64,000 bases of DNA from the human T2T-CHM13v2.0 reference genome, Homo sapiens. Positions 32,021 to 45,292 of this stretch are shown here, in pieces. Each line of letters opens with the position of its first letter. Within the stretch, counting starts at the first letter, position 1. The translations under genes were made by a program, and so were the position numbers. The notes below the pieces were generated by a model that was given only the letters and a program-made list of their open reading frames with translations, had not been told where the DNA came from and searched no databases. The stretch lies in the NCBI RefSeq assembly GCF_009914755.1, contig NC_060937.1; one strand, 5' to 3'.

Positions 32021-32538
32021 TGAGAGATGACGCCAGCTGGACTTCCTGGGTCGAGTGGGGACTTGGAGAACTTTCCTGTCTTACAAGAGGATTGTAAAAC
32101 ACACCAATCAGCACTCTGTAAAAACGCACCAATCAGCGCTCTGTAGCTAGCAAGAGGATTATAAAATGCACCAATCAGTGTTCTGTAAAATGCACCAATC
32201 AGCACTCTGTAAAATGCACCAATCAGCAGGATCCTAAAAGTAGCCAATCGCAGGGAGGATTGAAAAAAGGGCGTTCTGACAGGACAGAAATGGGACATGG
32301 GAGGGGACAAATAAGGGAATAAAAGCTGGCCACCCCAGCAGCAGTGGCAACCTGCTCGGGTTTCCTTCTATGCTGTGGAAGCTTTGTCATTTTGCTCTTC
32401 ACGATAAACCTTGCTACTCCTCACTCTTTGGGTCCGTGCCATCTTTAAGAGCTGTAACACTTATCGTGAAAGTCCACAGCTCCATTCTTGAAGTCAGCGA
32501 GACCACGAACCCACTGGCAGGAACCAATTCCGGACACA
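32021..32538 (+). mobile_element. LTR12 (ERV9; LTR12F-like) solo LTR
   Basis: tgagag...ggacaca termini; repeated caccaatcagcactctgtaaaa units; aataaaagctggccacccc. Confidence 0.93.
32100..32330 (+). promoter_or_regulatory. Tandem CCAAT (NF-Y) boxes and AATAAA TATA-equivalent in the LTR12 U3
   Basis: CCAAT at 32104, 32129, 32171, 32195, 32219 and 32244; aataaaa at ~32318. Activity not shown. Confidence 0.6.
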
Positions 32539-32839
32539 CCTTCATTGGGCATGCTAGTATACTCAGCCTACAAAGCACACTGACAGCACTCTCTCAAACA
32601 GTCCTCACTACCAGTGAATTCGCGGCTCGTTGTACTGGAATGAGTGATGGGCTAACGGTGACTAAATCTATCTTGTAATATTTAACATGTCTCCAACAAA
32701 TCATGTTGGGGTATTGACACCTACTATTTTGTTCTCAATTTTTGAGGCCTCTGTTGATACTCCAAGATAGCCGAAGAATTGGTTTAACAATCTGTTGTGC
32801 ACAGATGGCCCAAGGCCATGCCCCCCATTATATTCTATA

Positions 32840-33885
32840 TAGTAGCAGACTGTAAATTACTTCTGAAAGACCATGGTCATCCAATCAAACACTAATCTAG
32901 GTACCGCTTCAAAGACATGTTGCAGATATAATTAAGGTTACTAATCAACTGACCTTAAAATAGGGATATTATCCTGGATTATCCAGGTATGCCCACTGTA
33001 ATCACCTAAACCCTTAAAGGCAGTGAGAAGAGAAAAATCATATGGTGACCAGTGAACAGGCCCCAGAGACAAAAACTTCTTATTTGAGCAATTTAGAAGT
33101 GAGCGAAGACCACCTGGTGACCATCAAACAGGACACCTGGAGGCAAAACTCCTTGTCTGGGAATTTAGAAGTGATCAAATTTCCCTAGTATCTAAAGTCA
33201 GCATCTGATTCCAGGCTTCTTTCAAGTTTTATATGTAACTACAATTTCTATATGTATCTGGAATGCCATGCTGAAACTAACTTTACAACCCTAAGCTCCC
33301 GCCTTAAGGTCCATAAATGCTCCTAAGGAAAATCCACCACTGGGCACTCAGTCCTCTCGCCGAGGCATCCCACTGCACCCTTTTGCAACATTCTTCCTAA
33401 TACACTTTCCTTTTTCAGACCTATACTGTTGTCGGTAAATTCCTTTTACCAACCCATGAGTCGACCACTTCCCAGTGCCAGGGCTCTGACACCTCAAATG
33501 GGAGGCAGAAGAAAAAGGTGGAATAGTCAGTCAAGGAGATGCAGCAGAAGAGGAAAGCAAGAGACAGGAAGTTGAAAGGGAGAGCCAAAGAGATTGGAAG
33601 CATCAAATCTCCAGAGAGATAATCCAAACCTCTTTCCTGCAACTAGGTGGGACTGAGTTCTGCCAGCAACCTGAATGAGCCTGGAAACAGACTCTGCCCC
33701 AGAGCTTTTGAATTAAAAGCTTAACTTGCCGACACTTTGATTTTGTCCTTGTGTGACTGAAAGCAAAGAAACCAACCAAGTAAATGTGGATCTCTAACCC
33801 CACAAATGAGAGATAATAATTGTGTGTTTTTTTAGCTGCTGAAGTTGTGATAATTTGTTCTATCAGCAATGGGAAACAGATGCAT
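32840..33885 (+). mobile_element. MLT1E-like solo LTR interrupted by another LTR
   Basis: gcagatataattaaggttactaatcaactgaccttaaaataggga...ccagcaacctgaatgagcctggaa...gcaatgggaaacagatgca. Confidence 0.82.
33041..33491 (+). mobile_element. Solo LTR, LTR47-like (ERVL)
   Basis: gaccatcaaacagg...ggaggcaaaactcctt...ctatactgttgtcggtaaattc...gggctctgaca; family name from memory. Confidence 0.72.
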
Positions 33886-34101
33886 CTCAATGTTGCTGGC
33901 CATGTGCTTCCAGGGTCTCTGACCCTCTTCCTCTTCCTTAGCTTATGAGGGTCCAGAGACAAGTGTGAGACTTATTTTATTGGCTGTGCTTGGGAGGAGT
34001 GAAGAAGGGAATGGAAAGTTTAACAGACATTGAAACCCACAGCTGTGTGCAGCAATGACAGTACCTTATCTGTATTTCTTCAACTTAAAAATAACTCACT
34101 G

Positions 34102-34405
34102 ATGTGGTGGCTCATGCCTGTAGCCCCAGCAATTTGGGAGGCTGAGCCAGGCGGATTACTTGAGGTCAGGAGTTCGAGACCAGCCTGGCCATCATGGTGA
34201 AACCCTGTCTCTACTGAAAATACAAAAATTAGCCAGGTGTGGTGGCAGGCACCTGTGATCCCAGCTACTAGGAGACTGAGTCAGGAGAATTGCTGGAACC
34301 CGGGCAACAGAGGTTGCAGTGAGCCAAGATTGCACCACTGCCCTCCAGCCTGGGTGACAAAGTGAAACTCTGCCTCAAAAATAAAATAAAATAAAATAAA
34401 AAATA
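34102..34405 (+). mobile_element. AluS (slightly 5'-truncated), (TAAAA)n tail
   Basis: TSD aaaa(t/c)aactcactg. Confidence 0.94.
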
Positions 34406-35860
34406 AAAACAACTCACTGCAGCCTCTTGAGTTCTTAAGACAACACAACAACAAAATGATCAAACAAAAAAAACTTGTGTACTCAAAATTTTATCTTTTC
34501 TTGTTCATTTTGCTTACTGAGGACTGTGACCTCCCTCATGCGCTCTATCTGATGAATCTCGTATTTTTGTATTCAGGGGCAAGAAAAGGATGAAAAGGAC
34601 TTTTGTTGCTGGAAATTTGACTGATAGGCTCAGGATTTTAAAGAAGAAAAGAACTAGGATTTGATGGAAAGGTCAATGGATTATGGAAAGTCTTCCCAGA
34701 AAAGAAGTTTACCTGAAAAATGATTTCTTGCCTCAACGGTTCTGTATACAGTGCTATACAATCTGCAACGCTTAAACCAAGCACTAGTTGAATTCTAGGC
34801 AGAAATAACCATTGTAATATGAGAGCCGCAGGATGTGGCATTTTTGGAGGTATCACAGCAGGCCCATGTGTCTTACGAGCCCTGTGCCTCTGTGATGAAC
34901 CTAAGAAAAATAAAGATGGGCTTGAGTTTGCATGCTCTATAAGCACTTGGTCCCCTCTGATGGGACCAATTTCTACATTCTCCTAGGTGCAGGCTGTTTT
35001 GGCTTGATCAGACATCAATGAATATTTGATAAAAAGCCAATTTGGCTAGAAGAGGACAGCCTTTTCAAAGCTATCTCATTCATTGCTTTGTGCTAATTAG
35101 CAACCCTAGGGTTGGCTCTGACCTCCAATACAGTAAGACACGTGAAACTGCAGAAATAGGAAGCAATTTAAAAGTTGCCAGGAAACTAAAACTCAGTTCT
35201 TAAATACAAAATGTAGGCATTTCAAAAGAAAATATGTGAGGATAATCTTGCTGCTAATTTCCTGCTAACAATGTAAAGTAATACTTACTAAAACACATGG
35301 GAACTGGGCAAATGCTCTTGGCAGTTTGCACCTGAAAGCCTACTTTCTATGGTGACACCAAAAGATGTGTGAACCTGGTCTGTCTGTAGCTTCTGTATCT
35401 TAATTAACACTCCTGCAGTTTAAGCACAAAGACAATAAGAGAAAACTTTGCAAAATGGAGATTAACTGAAAATGCTAAGTAGAAAAAAGTCCAGAGGATA
35501 AGGTTGGCAAATAAAAGTCAGAAATAGGAGTAGAAGGAACAATCATGACATTTTGATTCATCTTCCACTGTATGATTCAGTGGTTGTAATTTGGCCACCC
35601 ATGTCATGAAGTCTCCACAAGGAGCTTTTAGAGAAAATGAAGACGGAAACAATGAAGTCATCCTGCCCTGCCTACTTGCCTTTATTATTTAAGATTGCTC
35701 CCCGAAGTGTATTATTGAATGACCTGTCCAGCAAAATAGCTTCTGATTCAAACTATGGGATTATTACCACATTCTCTGGAAAGTTCTTTGCACAATAATG
35801 GCCTTTACTATTTGGAATGCATTTTTGAAGGTCAGCCAAATTTTCTTATTGTTCATCTGA

Positions 35861-36217
<357 letters not shown>

Positions 36218-36497
36218 TCTCTTTTTCATATAAGTGGATAATACTTCAAGTTTCATCCAGCACTTGAAACAGTGTAGATCCCAAAGACAAGAGTGGTTGT
36301 GTGAATATCTCTAGACAAATGGATGGATGAATAGATGAGTTATTCTGTACTCTGCGCATTTGATTTCTCAATCTTTCTGAAGGTCTTTGGTAGCGACAGG
36401 TTTTTGGGGGTAACGGAGTTGAAGAAAGGTATCTCCAGCCTGTCCCTTGTTCTTTAGCATAGAACCTGTGGGGAGTCATGGTGTGGAAAAATGAGAG

Positions 36498-36969
36498 TGT
36501 ACTCATTTGAACTAGGGATATTGTAACAAAGTACCCCAAACTGAATAGACTCACAAAACAGACATGTATTGTCTCTTAGCTCTGGAGGCTTCAAGTCCAA
36601 GATCAAGGTGTTGTCCAGGTTGCGTCCTTCTGAGGCCTGTTAGAATCTACTCCAGGCCTTTCCCCTAGTTTCTAGGGGTTTGCTGGCAATCTTCTGGCAT
36701 TCTTTGGCTTGCAAATATCACTCCTATCTCTGCTTTCACCTTCATGTGTCAGGGGGTGTTCTCCCTATGTGCATGTCTGTGCTCTGATTTCCCCTTCATA
36801 AGAGTACCTGCCATACCAGGTTAGGAGCCCCCCATACTCCAGGATAATCTCATCTTGGTTTCACTAATTACATCTGCAACAACCTTGTTTCCAAATAAGG
36901 TCACATTTTGATGTGGGTTAGAACCCCAACACATGAATTTGGAGAGGGCATATAATTCAACTCATAACA
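36498..36969 (-). mobile_element. MLT1C-like solo LTR
   Basis: ggaggcttcaagtccaagatcaaggtg...ccaaataaggtcacatt...aattcaactcataaca; TSD ga(g/t)ag. Confidence 0.87.
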
Positions 36970-36979
36970 GATAGGAACC

Positions 36980-37600
36980 ATTCCTGATACCTCCTTCTTC
37001 CCTGCTCTCTCAGGTCTGGTCACCAACACAGCCTATTTTATCTCTGAATCACTTTCGGAATCTACTGTGTTTCTCCATCTATGGCATCACTTCAGTAGTC
37101 CAAACTGTCATGATATCTTGTCTTAATTACTTCAATAGCCTCCTAATTGGCCTTCCTGTTTCCAGTTTTGCCGTATTCCAGTCTCTCCTCCATGCTACAT
37201 AAAAACAGATGTTTAAAAAAGCAAATCTGATCACGTCACCTTTCTTACATCTCTTAGTGGGCTTGTGTGAGGCTTGTGTGGGTCCTCCCAGCTTTGTCAG
37301 CTTCATTTCCTGTCTTACTCCTTCTCTTCACCTAGCCACACAGATTCTTCTCTCACTTTCTCCAATAAACTAAACTGAAAGCCACCCCAGGGCCCTTGCA
37401 TGTGCTGCTCACCTCCAGGAAGACTCATCTCCTCTTCCTAAGTTGGATAACTCCTTCTCACCCTTTTGACTTTGGCTTAGATGTCACTTCCTCAGGGAAG
37501 CCATTCTGGCATCCCACAACACATTGAGTTGCCATTAATTAATTTCATGGCACATGGTAAGCCATCTTTTTTAGTACTTATCAAAAACTTAATCAATTAA
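36980..37600 (+). mobile_element. L2 fragment
   Basis: caatagcctcctaattggccttcctg...aaatctgatcacgtcac...cagggcccttgcatgtgctg...gatgtcacttcctcagggaagcc. Confidence 0.8.
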
Positions 37601-37623
37601 TTTCCTAGTATTGTTTTAGTTAA

Positions 37624-38031
37624 TGCTATAGTTTGGATATTTGACCCTTCAAACCTCAGATTGAAATATAATCCTCAATGTTGGAGGTGAGGCCTAATGG
37701 GAAGTTTTTGCGTCACAGGGTCAGATCCCTCATGAATGGCTTGGTGCCATCTTCAAGGTAATGAGTAAGTTTCGGCTCTATTAGTTCCCATGAGAGCTTG
37801 TTATTAAAAAGAGACTACCTTCTTCCTGTCCCTGTGCTTCCTCTCTCACCAGGTGATCTCTGCACTCACTTCCCACCATAAGTGGAGGCAGTCTGAGGCC
37901 CCCACCAGATGCAGATGCTGGCGCCATGCTTCTTGTACAGCCTGCAGAACCATGAGGCAAATAAATCCCTTTTCTTTGCAAATTACCCAGCCTCAGGTAT
38001 TCCTTTATAGAAACACATGCAGACTAAGACA
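37624..38031 (+). mobile_element. MSTB-like MaLR solo LTR
   Basis: tgctatagtttggatatttg...aattacccagcctcaggtattcctttatag...actaagaca. Confidence 0.9.
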
Positions 38032-38189
38032 ATCTCATTAAATTGGTTAGTTGGAGATAAAGTAAAATCAGTGGCTGGATTAGCTCAGCACGTGTGCTCA
38101 TTGGATTGTTCTGTAATTGATCACATGTGTAAATCCAAATCTGTTAGTGGACTTACGCTTTTTAATATAGCCTGACAGCATTTCCAAGT

Positions 38190-38840
38190 TAGTTAATTCA
38201 CACAGTTATTCAACGTATGTTTATCAATCCCCTGCTTTGTGAGAGCACTATCCTGGGCATTGAAGAGAGAACAGTGATTAGGATTAGACCCCTCCCCTCA
38301 TGAAGCTTACATTCTAGTGGGTATGATAGACAAACAATAAATGGGTATAGAATAGAATCAGGTAGAGATAAATTCTATGAAATATATTTTTGAAAAGCAG
38401 GGGAAGAGGAAAAGGGAGGCAGGGAGTGTTATCTTAAACAGTGGTGGTCAGAAAGAGCCTCTGAAGAGGTGAGATCTGAATTGAGTTCTAAATCCAACCA
38501 AGAACATCTAGAGGGAAGAGGAACTGGACAAAGAAAATGAGATGGGAGTGCTTGAAGGCAGCAAGGACCTAAAGTGGCTGAGAGGGAGACAGAGGAGTGT
38601 TAGGAGTTAGGATGGAGGCTGAGGGCCAAGTAACTCAGGCCCTTGTAGTCCAGTTTAAAGCCGGATTTTATTCTAACTGTGGTGAGAAGCCCATGGAAGT
38701 ATTGAGAAGGGCTTGGTGCATTTCTAGGCTATGTTGGCTGCCCTGTAGCAAAGAGACTGAGAGGGAGCAAGTGTGGAAGCCAGCCAGCTGGTTGAATGAT
38801 TTTACAGGTACAAATATGAGGGGTGAGAGTGGCTATCCAC
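38190..38840 (-). mobile_element. L2 3' fragment
   Basis: ttcaacgtatgtttat...ccctcatgaagcttacattctagtggg...ggattttattcta. Confidence 0.78.
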
Positions 38841-39892
38841 CTTTTTGCAGGCTAACAAATCAGAAATCTGAGGGCTGACTCTTCTCTGCAATTTGTTCTG
38901 CATACTGCTGGTCACCCAAGTTTTACCCACAAATGCCACAAGCCACCCAGGCTGAAATGGCTCCTCTCCAGCCTCTAGCCTTCCCAGGTGGCTCAGCCCA
39001 GTAACTCACTCAGGACGCCCCATCCCTTTCCCTTGCAGGTGTTACAGCCCCACATAGAGTAGTCTCCACACTGACAGTGAACTCGGCCTCCACCCATTCA
39101 TCAGTGTGTGTAGAGTCCCAGGTGAGGCCCTGGGATGCCTGGGGCTTGCAATGGCTCAGCTCAACCAGGAAGAAGAAAGCTGGAGAACCTGTTATGTTGT
39201 GAGCTCTCAGTGGGAAGAGAAGGGGGAAAGGGAGAGATAGAGATGTTGCTTTATTTGACTCTTTGTAAACGGCCTCCAGCAGAGTAATGGCTCCATAAAT
39301 GTTTGCTGAGTGGGTAAAACAAGAAATGATGAACTCATGCAGGGTCCAGACCAGCCATATGGAAAATTCGGGGCTTCATTGTGAAACAGAGGGTGGTTTA
39401 GAGAAGGAGGATATGTGAACGAATGGTACTGCTCTCGCACACTGACATCGCCAGGGCAAGTATGTTTTGATGATTATGGATCTGATCTTTCACAATCAAC
39501 AGACTTCCTGTCTGTCACCTCAGACTTTAGAAACAATGAGAATAAGCTAACATGTAACTGGGAGCTCTTCATGAGAACTGAAAGAGACAACTGGAGCTGT
39601 GGTGACAGAGTGGGGCGAGTTGGTGGAGAGGGCAAACTCATTCAGCCTCCCTCATTCCCCTGGCCTTCCAGGCAGAAGCTTCTTCCACCCTGCAGCAGAG
39701 GTTATTGCTAAGAGTCCTACAACTTGCCCCTGACTGGTTCCTAGAGAAACTTCTTCCTGCAGGTTTGGGTGCAGAGTGAGCTGTGGCCTCCCAGTTCCCT
39801 GCGTGTGCACTCAGGGTGCTTGGAGCATCCTTCAGAAAAGATGGAACCTTGGAAAGTCACTGATTCTTGCTGAGTTGCAACTTCCTCATCTA

Positions 39893-40466
39893 TGTAGGGG
39901 AGAAAACTTAGTATCTTTTCTTTATCTCTCACAGTTCATGGCTGAGGCCCATAACAAAATACGGATTAGCAAGAGAAAAGCATAACACATTTATTTAATG
40001 CAAGTTTTAAGTGACATAGGCACCTTCAGTAATGAAAACTCAAAGACCCAGGGAAAAGTGTGGATTTTTATGGACAGTCATGCAGAAGTATGACTGGAGG
40101 CAAAAGGATATGATCAAGTGGTAATAAGCGGGGGGTACTTGGTAAGGCCTGCTTGTTCAGATTCCTCTTGGCCTCTCTGTGTGACCTTCCTTCCCTCCAG
40201 CTATAGGACAAGACACCTGTCACATGAAAATCTTCAGGGGAGGAGGGTGGGAGTAGGTCAGAGGTAACCTTCCTAGGTTTTAAGGCCCACTTCAGGGGAG
40301 AGAGGGACAAGAGGAATTTCAGTTTCTATGTCCCACTGTAGGGGAGAAGGGGTGGGAGAAGGTCAGAGAGACTGTCTTGCTTCTGAGGTTTTCTCAATTT
40401 CCTTCAGCATGCTTCACTCAGTATGTCAATATGCCACATTCTGAGGTGGCATTTTTTGCACCTCAT
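39893..40466 (-). mobile_element. ERV1 solo LTR, MER39-like, inserted in a MIR
   Basis: gttcatggctgaggccc...agagaaaagcataacacatttatttaatg is the reverse complement of motifs in the 30947-31497 LTR. Confidence 0.8.
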
Positions 40467-41719
40467 CTTCTGTAGTGGGGCCTTTCCTCCACTTTTATTT
40501 ACTTCACAGAATGATGAACATAGTGGAGGTGATGTGAACGGTAGTTACTATGCTGCTCAGCAAGAGGAAGTGGGGTAGAAGATGGAAGCAGCTTCAGGAG
40601 GATTCCAGGCAGGAAGTATATGGGATTAGAGCAGCTGGGTGGAGCAGGGAAGTCCTCCAGGGCAGGGGAGGGGCTACCACTTACAACCTCCAGTCGGAAA
40701 GACACAGCACAAAATGGATTCTTTCCAGATTTTTCTACTTGTAATTTTTTTTTAATGAGTACACAGCATTGCATTCCTGTAAAACTTTAATTTTGTTTAA
40801 AGAACAAATGCTGCCTACATTCCAGATACTGGTTCTTGCTTCCAGGAGAATACTCGAAATAGATCTTTTCATGAACAAGTGTGTTTGTGGCCACTGCCCC
40901 CATTGGCAAGGCTGTTGAATTAAAAATCCTTAATTTTTTTTTTTTAATTTGTACTCTGTATGTTTACTGAATTACAGAAAGGTACATTCAGAACTTTTGT
41001 CTTCTTTCCAAGTGGGTGTCTCAGGAGTCAGCAGCTGCATAAATAAACACACAGTTCAGTTAACTGAAATTGGGGATTAATGATGTGTGCTACACCTGCA
41101 TTTTTAATCTTGCAAAAAAAACCCATTAAGTGCAAGCATAGAGGATTACGATGAGCCACACACCTGCAGGGAACATGGTGACCTGACGACAGAAATGAGC
41201 ATGTCTGCTCTGCTGCACAACCACAGGCCAGTCGTCTCCACAGGAGGAGAGTGTTTCAAAGATGCTGATGGGAGGGAGTCCATTGTTATCGTTTCACATA
41301 AAGGACAGTGGTAACTGAACATTAGAAAAGAAAAATTGCTGTTCCATTGTTCCTTTATGCAGAAATGAACAACTTATTACAAATTTAACCAGCCTCACTG
41401 CCAGCCTTCTCAGCAGTGCCAAGTGATATGAAACAGCAGCAGCCCATGGCATACATTTGAATACACATGGTCCTGTGGCTCACCACACGTTTTGCACTCA
41501 CCCTCTTTAAAACAGCTTCTGCTTAAACCCCCACTACTTCATCCTTGGGGGCTTAATGCCTTTAGCTAAAGCTAAAGCTTCCTGGAGGCAGTGACCACAT
41601 CACATCCACCTTCATATCCAACATGTAGTACAGGCTTGTCCCACAACGGATGCTCATTCGGAAGGGCAAGTACTCATTAAATGCTCCATTTAGTAAGAGG
41701 ACTTATAATATTGCAATGC

Positions 41720-42716
<997 letters not shown>

Positions 42717-43077
42717 TATTGGAGTCCAGAATATACTACCCCAAAGTATGACTGTCAAGGAGTTCAGGATATGCTACCCCAAAATATACTGTTTTGGTAT
42801 GCAGTCAGCCCTCTTTATCCATGGGTTTTGTATCTAAGTATTCAGCTAATTTAAATCAAAACATATTCAAAAAAGAGAAAACAGCAACAACAAAACAATA
42901 ATAAAAAATAATACAAATAAAAACCTAATATACTGTAACAACTCTTTTTGCAACATTTACATTGTATTAGGTATTATAACTAATCTAGAGATGATTTAAA
43001 GTATATGGAAGGATATATATAGATTATATGCAAATACTATACCATTTTATCACCATTTTATCATGCATACACACACA

Positions 43078-43491
43078 TGTTAACCCAAAATAACTGAGAC
43101 AGGTTTCAGTCAATTTAGGAAGTTTATTTTGGCAAAGTTAAGGATGCAAGCCCATGACACAGCCTCAGGAGGTCCTGACAACATGTGCCCAAGGTGGTCC
43201 AGTCACATTTTAGGGAGGCACCAGATATCATTCAATATATATAAAATGTACGTTGGTTCCATCTGGAAAGGCGGGACAACTCAAAGTGGGGAGAGGGCTT
43301 CCTGGTCATAGGTAGGTGAGAGATAAATGATTGCATTCTTTTGAGTTTCTGATTAGCCTTTCCAAAGGAGGCAGTCAGATATACATTTATCTAAGTGAGC
43401 ATAGGAATGACTTTGAATAGAAAGGGAGGCAGGTTGGCCCAAAGCAGTTCCTGGCTTGACTTTTCCCATCAGTGTAGTGATTTTGGGGTCC
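43078..43491 (-). mobile_element. MER4 (ERV1) LTR
   Basis: tgagacaggtttcagtcaatttag...atgacacagcctcaggaggtcctgacaacatgtgcccaaggtggtc...gattttggggtcc. Confidence 0.9.
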
Positions 43492-44261
43492 TAATGAAGG
43501 AGGATATTTCCCTGACATTTTCATGGGTGGGAACTGGAGTGCATGGGCACTGGCAGGAGCAAACTCTACTCACTCGACCTACTGCACTCCACCTCTCTTG
43601 GGATGGGGAGCAGGCAGGTGAGCAGGTACAGGAGCCAGGGCGAGTGCTTTTGGGCACTGGCAAGTACAAACTCTGTACCAGCCCTGTAGTGGCATCTGGG
43701 GGTGGAGGTGCCCGTGACTCCTGTAGACTCAGAAGGAGTGTTACAGTGCCCTTTTAGCCTTGCCACCTGTGGGTGGCTTAAGTGTTAACAGCTCAGTGGA
43801 GGGTCAGTGTGACAGCCCTTTGCACCTACACTCATGGCACCCGAGATCTTGTCCAGCATCCAGAAGGAATGAGGTTGCAGGAATGAACTGAAGATGGCAA
43901 ACACAGGAGAATTTATTGCCAATGAAAGTGGCTCTTAGTGGGAAGGGGAGCTGAAAAGGGGACAAAGTGGGAAGATAATCTTCCCCTGGAGTCCAGCCAT
44001 GTCTGGCCAGACTCCTCTCTGAAGATATGCCATCAAGCTGTCCCTCTGAAATCAAGTTGCTTCTCTCCAACATCCAACCATAGTCTCCAATGTCCAACTA
44101 CTTATCCTCCTCTCTGCTGGCTGAGTCTGGGGATTTTATGGGGTGGGCCATGGGTGATTCTGGAAAAGGCAACATTCAAGTGGGGAAACATGGATGTAAG
44201 CTCTCACTTTGGGCCAAGGTATCAGGCTTTTCAGCTCCAGGGTGGGGCCCTCTCCAGGGAC
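43492..44261 (-). mobile_element. MER52/LTR1-family LTR, partial
   Basis: GC-richer block ggatatttccctgac...gtgttaacagctcagtggagggtcagtgtgacagcc...ggaaaaggcaacattc...ccagggac. Confidence 0.78.
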
Positions 44262-44266
44262 TCACA

Positions 44267-44271
44267 TATTT

Positions 44272-44329
<58 letters not shown>

Positions 44330-44412
44330 TATATATATGTGTGTGTATATATAATATGTGTATATATAAATGTAATAAAATGGTATAGTATTTGCATATA
44401 TCCTACATATAC

Positions 44413-44456
<44 letters not shown>

Positions 44457-44475
44457 AATATGTGTATATATATTT
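44267..44475. repeat. Compound (TA)n/(CA)n/(TG)n microsatellite
   Basis: About 20 CA units at 44279-44322 and about 14 TG units at 44413-44440, facing each other. Confidence 0.95.
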
Positions 44476-44477
44476 AG

Positions 44478-44775
44478 TTTTTTTAAAAGAGATGGAAGTC
44501 TTTCTCTGTTGCCCAGGCTGGAGTAAAGTGGCACAATCATGGCTCCCTGCAACCATGATCTCCTGGGCTCAAGTCACCCTCCCCCAACTCAACCTCCTGA
44601 GTAGCTGGGACACCAGGCATGTGCAACCATGTCCAGATATTTTTTAAAATTTTTTTGTACAGATGGGGTTTTGCTATGTTGCCTAGGCTAATCTCAAACT
44701 CCTGGCCTCAAGTGATCCTCCTGCCCCAGCCTCCCAAAGTGCCAGGATTATAGGCATGAGCCACTGTGCTTGGCC
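44478..44775 (-). mobile_element. AluJ
   Basis: atcatggctc, ctcctgggctcaag, ttgctatgttgcctaggc; TSD acta(t/c)accattttat at 43036-43050 and 44776-44790. Confidence 0.92.
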
Positions 44776-45046
44776 ACTACACCATTTTATATAAGGAACT
44801 TGAGCATTGGTGAATTTTGGTATTCGCAAGGGTCCTGCAACCAATCCCCAGGGATACCAAGGGACAACTATATTTATTATTTTGAGCTGAGGGCACTTGA
44901 AAAGCAGCAAATGCAATGAGAGGCTTTCTCTGAACTCTCCTATCTGCCTAAAGACAGATCCTTCAAAATTGACTCCATTGTCATTAATCCCCTCCCTGGG
45001 AATTTCATCAACAGAAGAAGATTGACGCTTATTAAAAGAGAGGACA

Positions 45047-45292
45047 GGGCGGATCACCCGAGGTCAGGAGTTCAAGATCAGCCTGGCCAACATGGCGAAA
45101 CTCTGTCTCTACTAAAAAATAAAAAAAATTAGCTAGGCATGGTGGTGGGTGCCTGTAATCCCAGCTACTTGGGAGGCTGAGGCAGGCGGAATTGCTTGAA
45201 CCCGGAAGGCGGAGGTTGCAGTGAGCGGAGATCGTACCACTGCACTCCAGCCTGGGTGACACAGCAAGACTCTGTCTCAAAAAAAAAAAAAA
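45047..45292 (+). mobile_element. 5'-truncated AluS
   Basis: Begins gggcggatcacc; TSD-like aaagag(ag)gaca. Confidence 0.93.

Larger units (their letters stand above)
42802..44870 (-). mobile_element. MER2 (TcMar-Tigger) split into 42802-43050 and 44776-44870
   Basis: tttacattgtattaggtattataactaatctagagatgatttaaagtata; resumes ccattttatataaggaacttgagcat...gataccaagggacaact; TIR-like ends cagtcagccctc / agggacaact. Confidence 0.9.

Noticed and set aside
44090-44647. 185-aa ORF with HT and CV repeats
   Set aside because: Read-through of LTR, microsatellite and Alu sequence.
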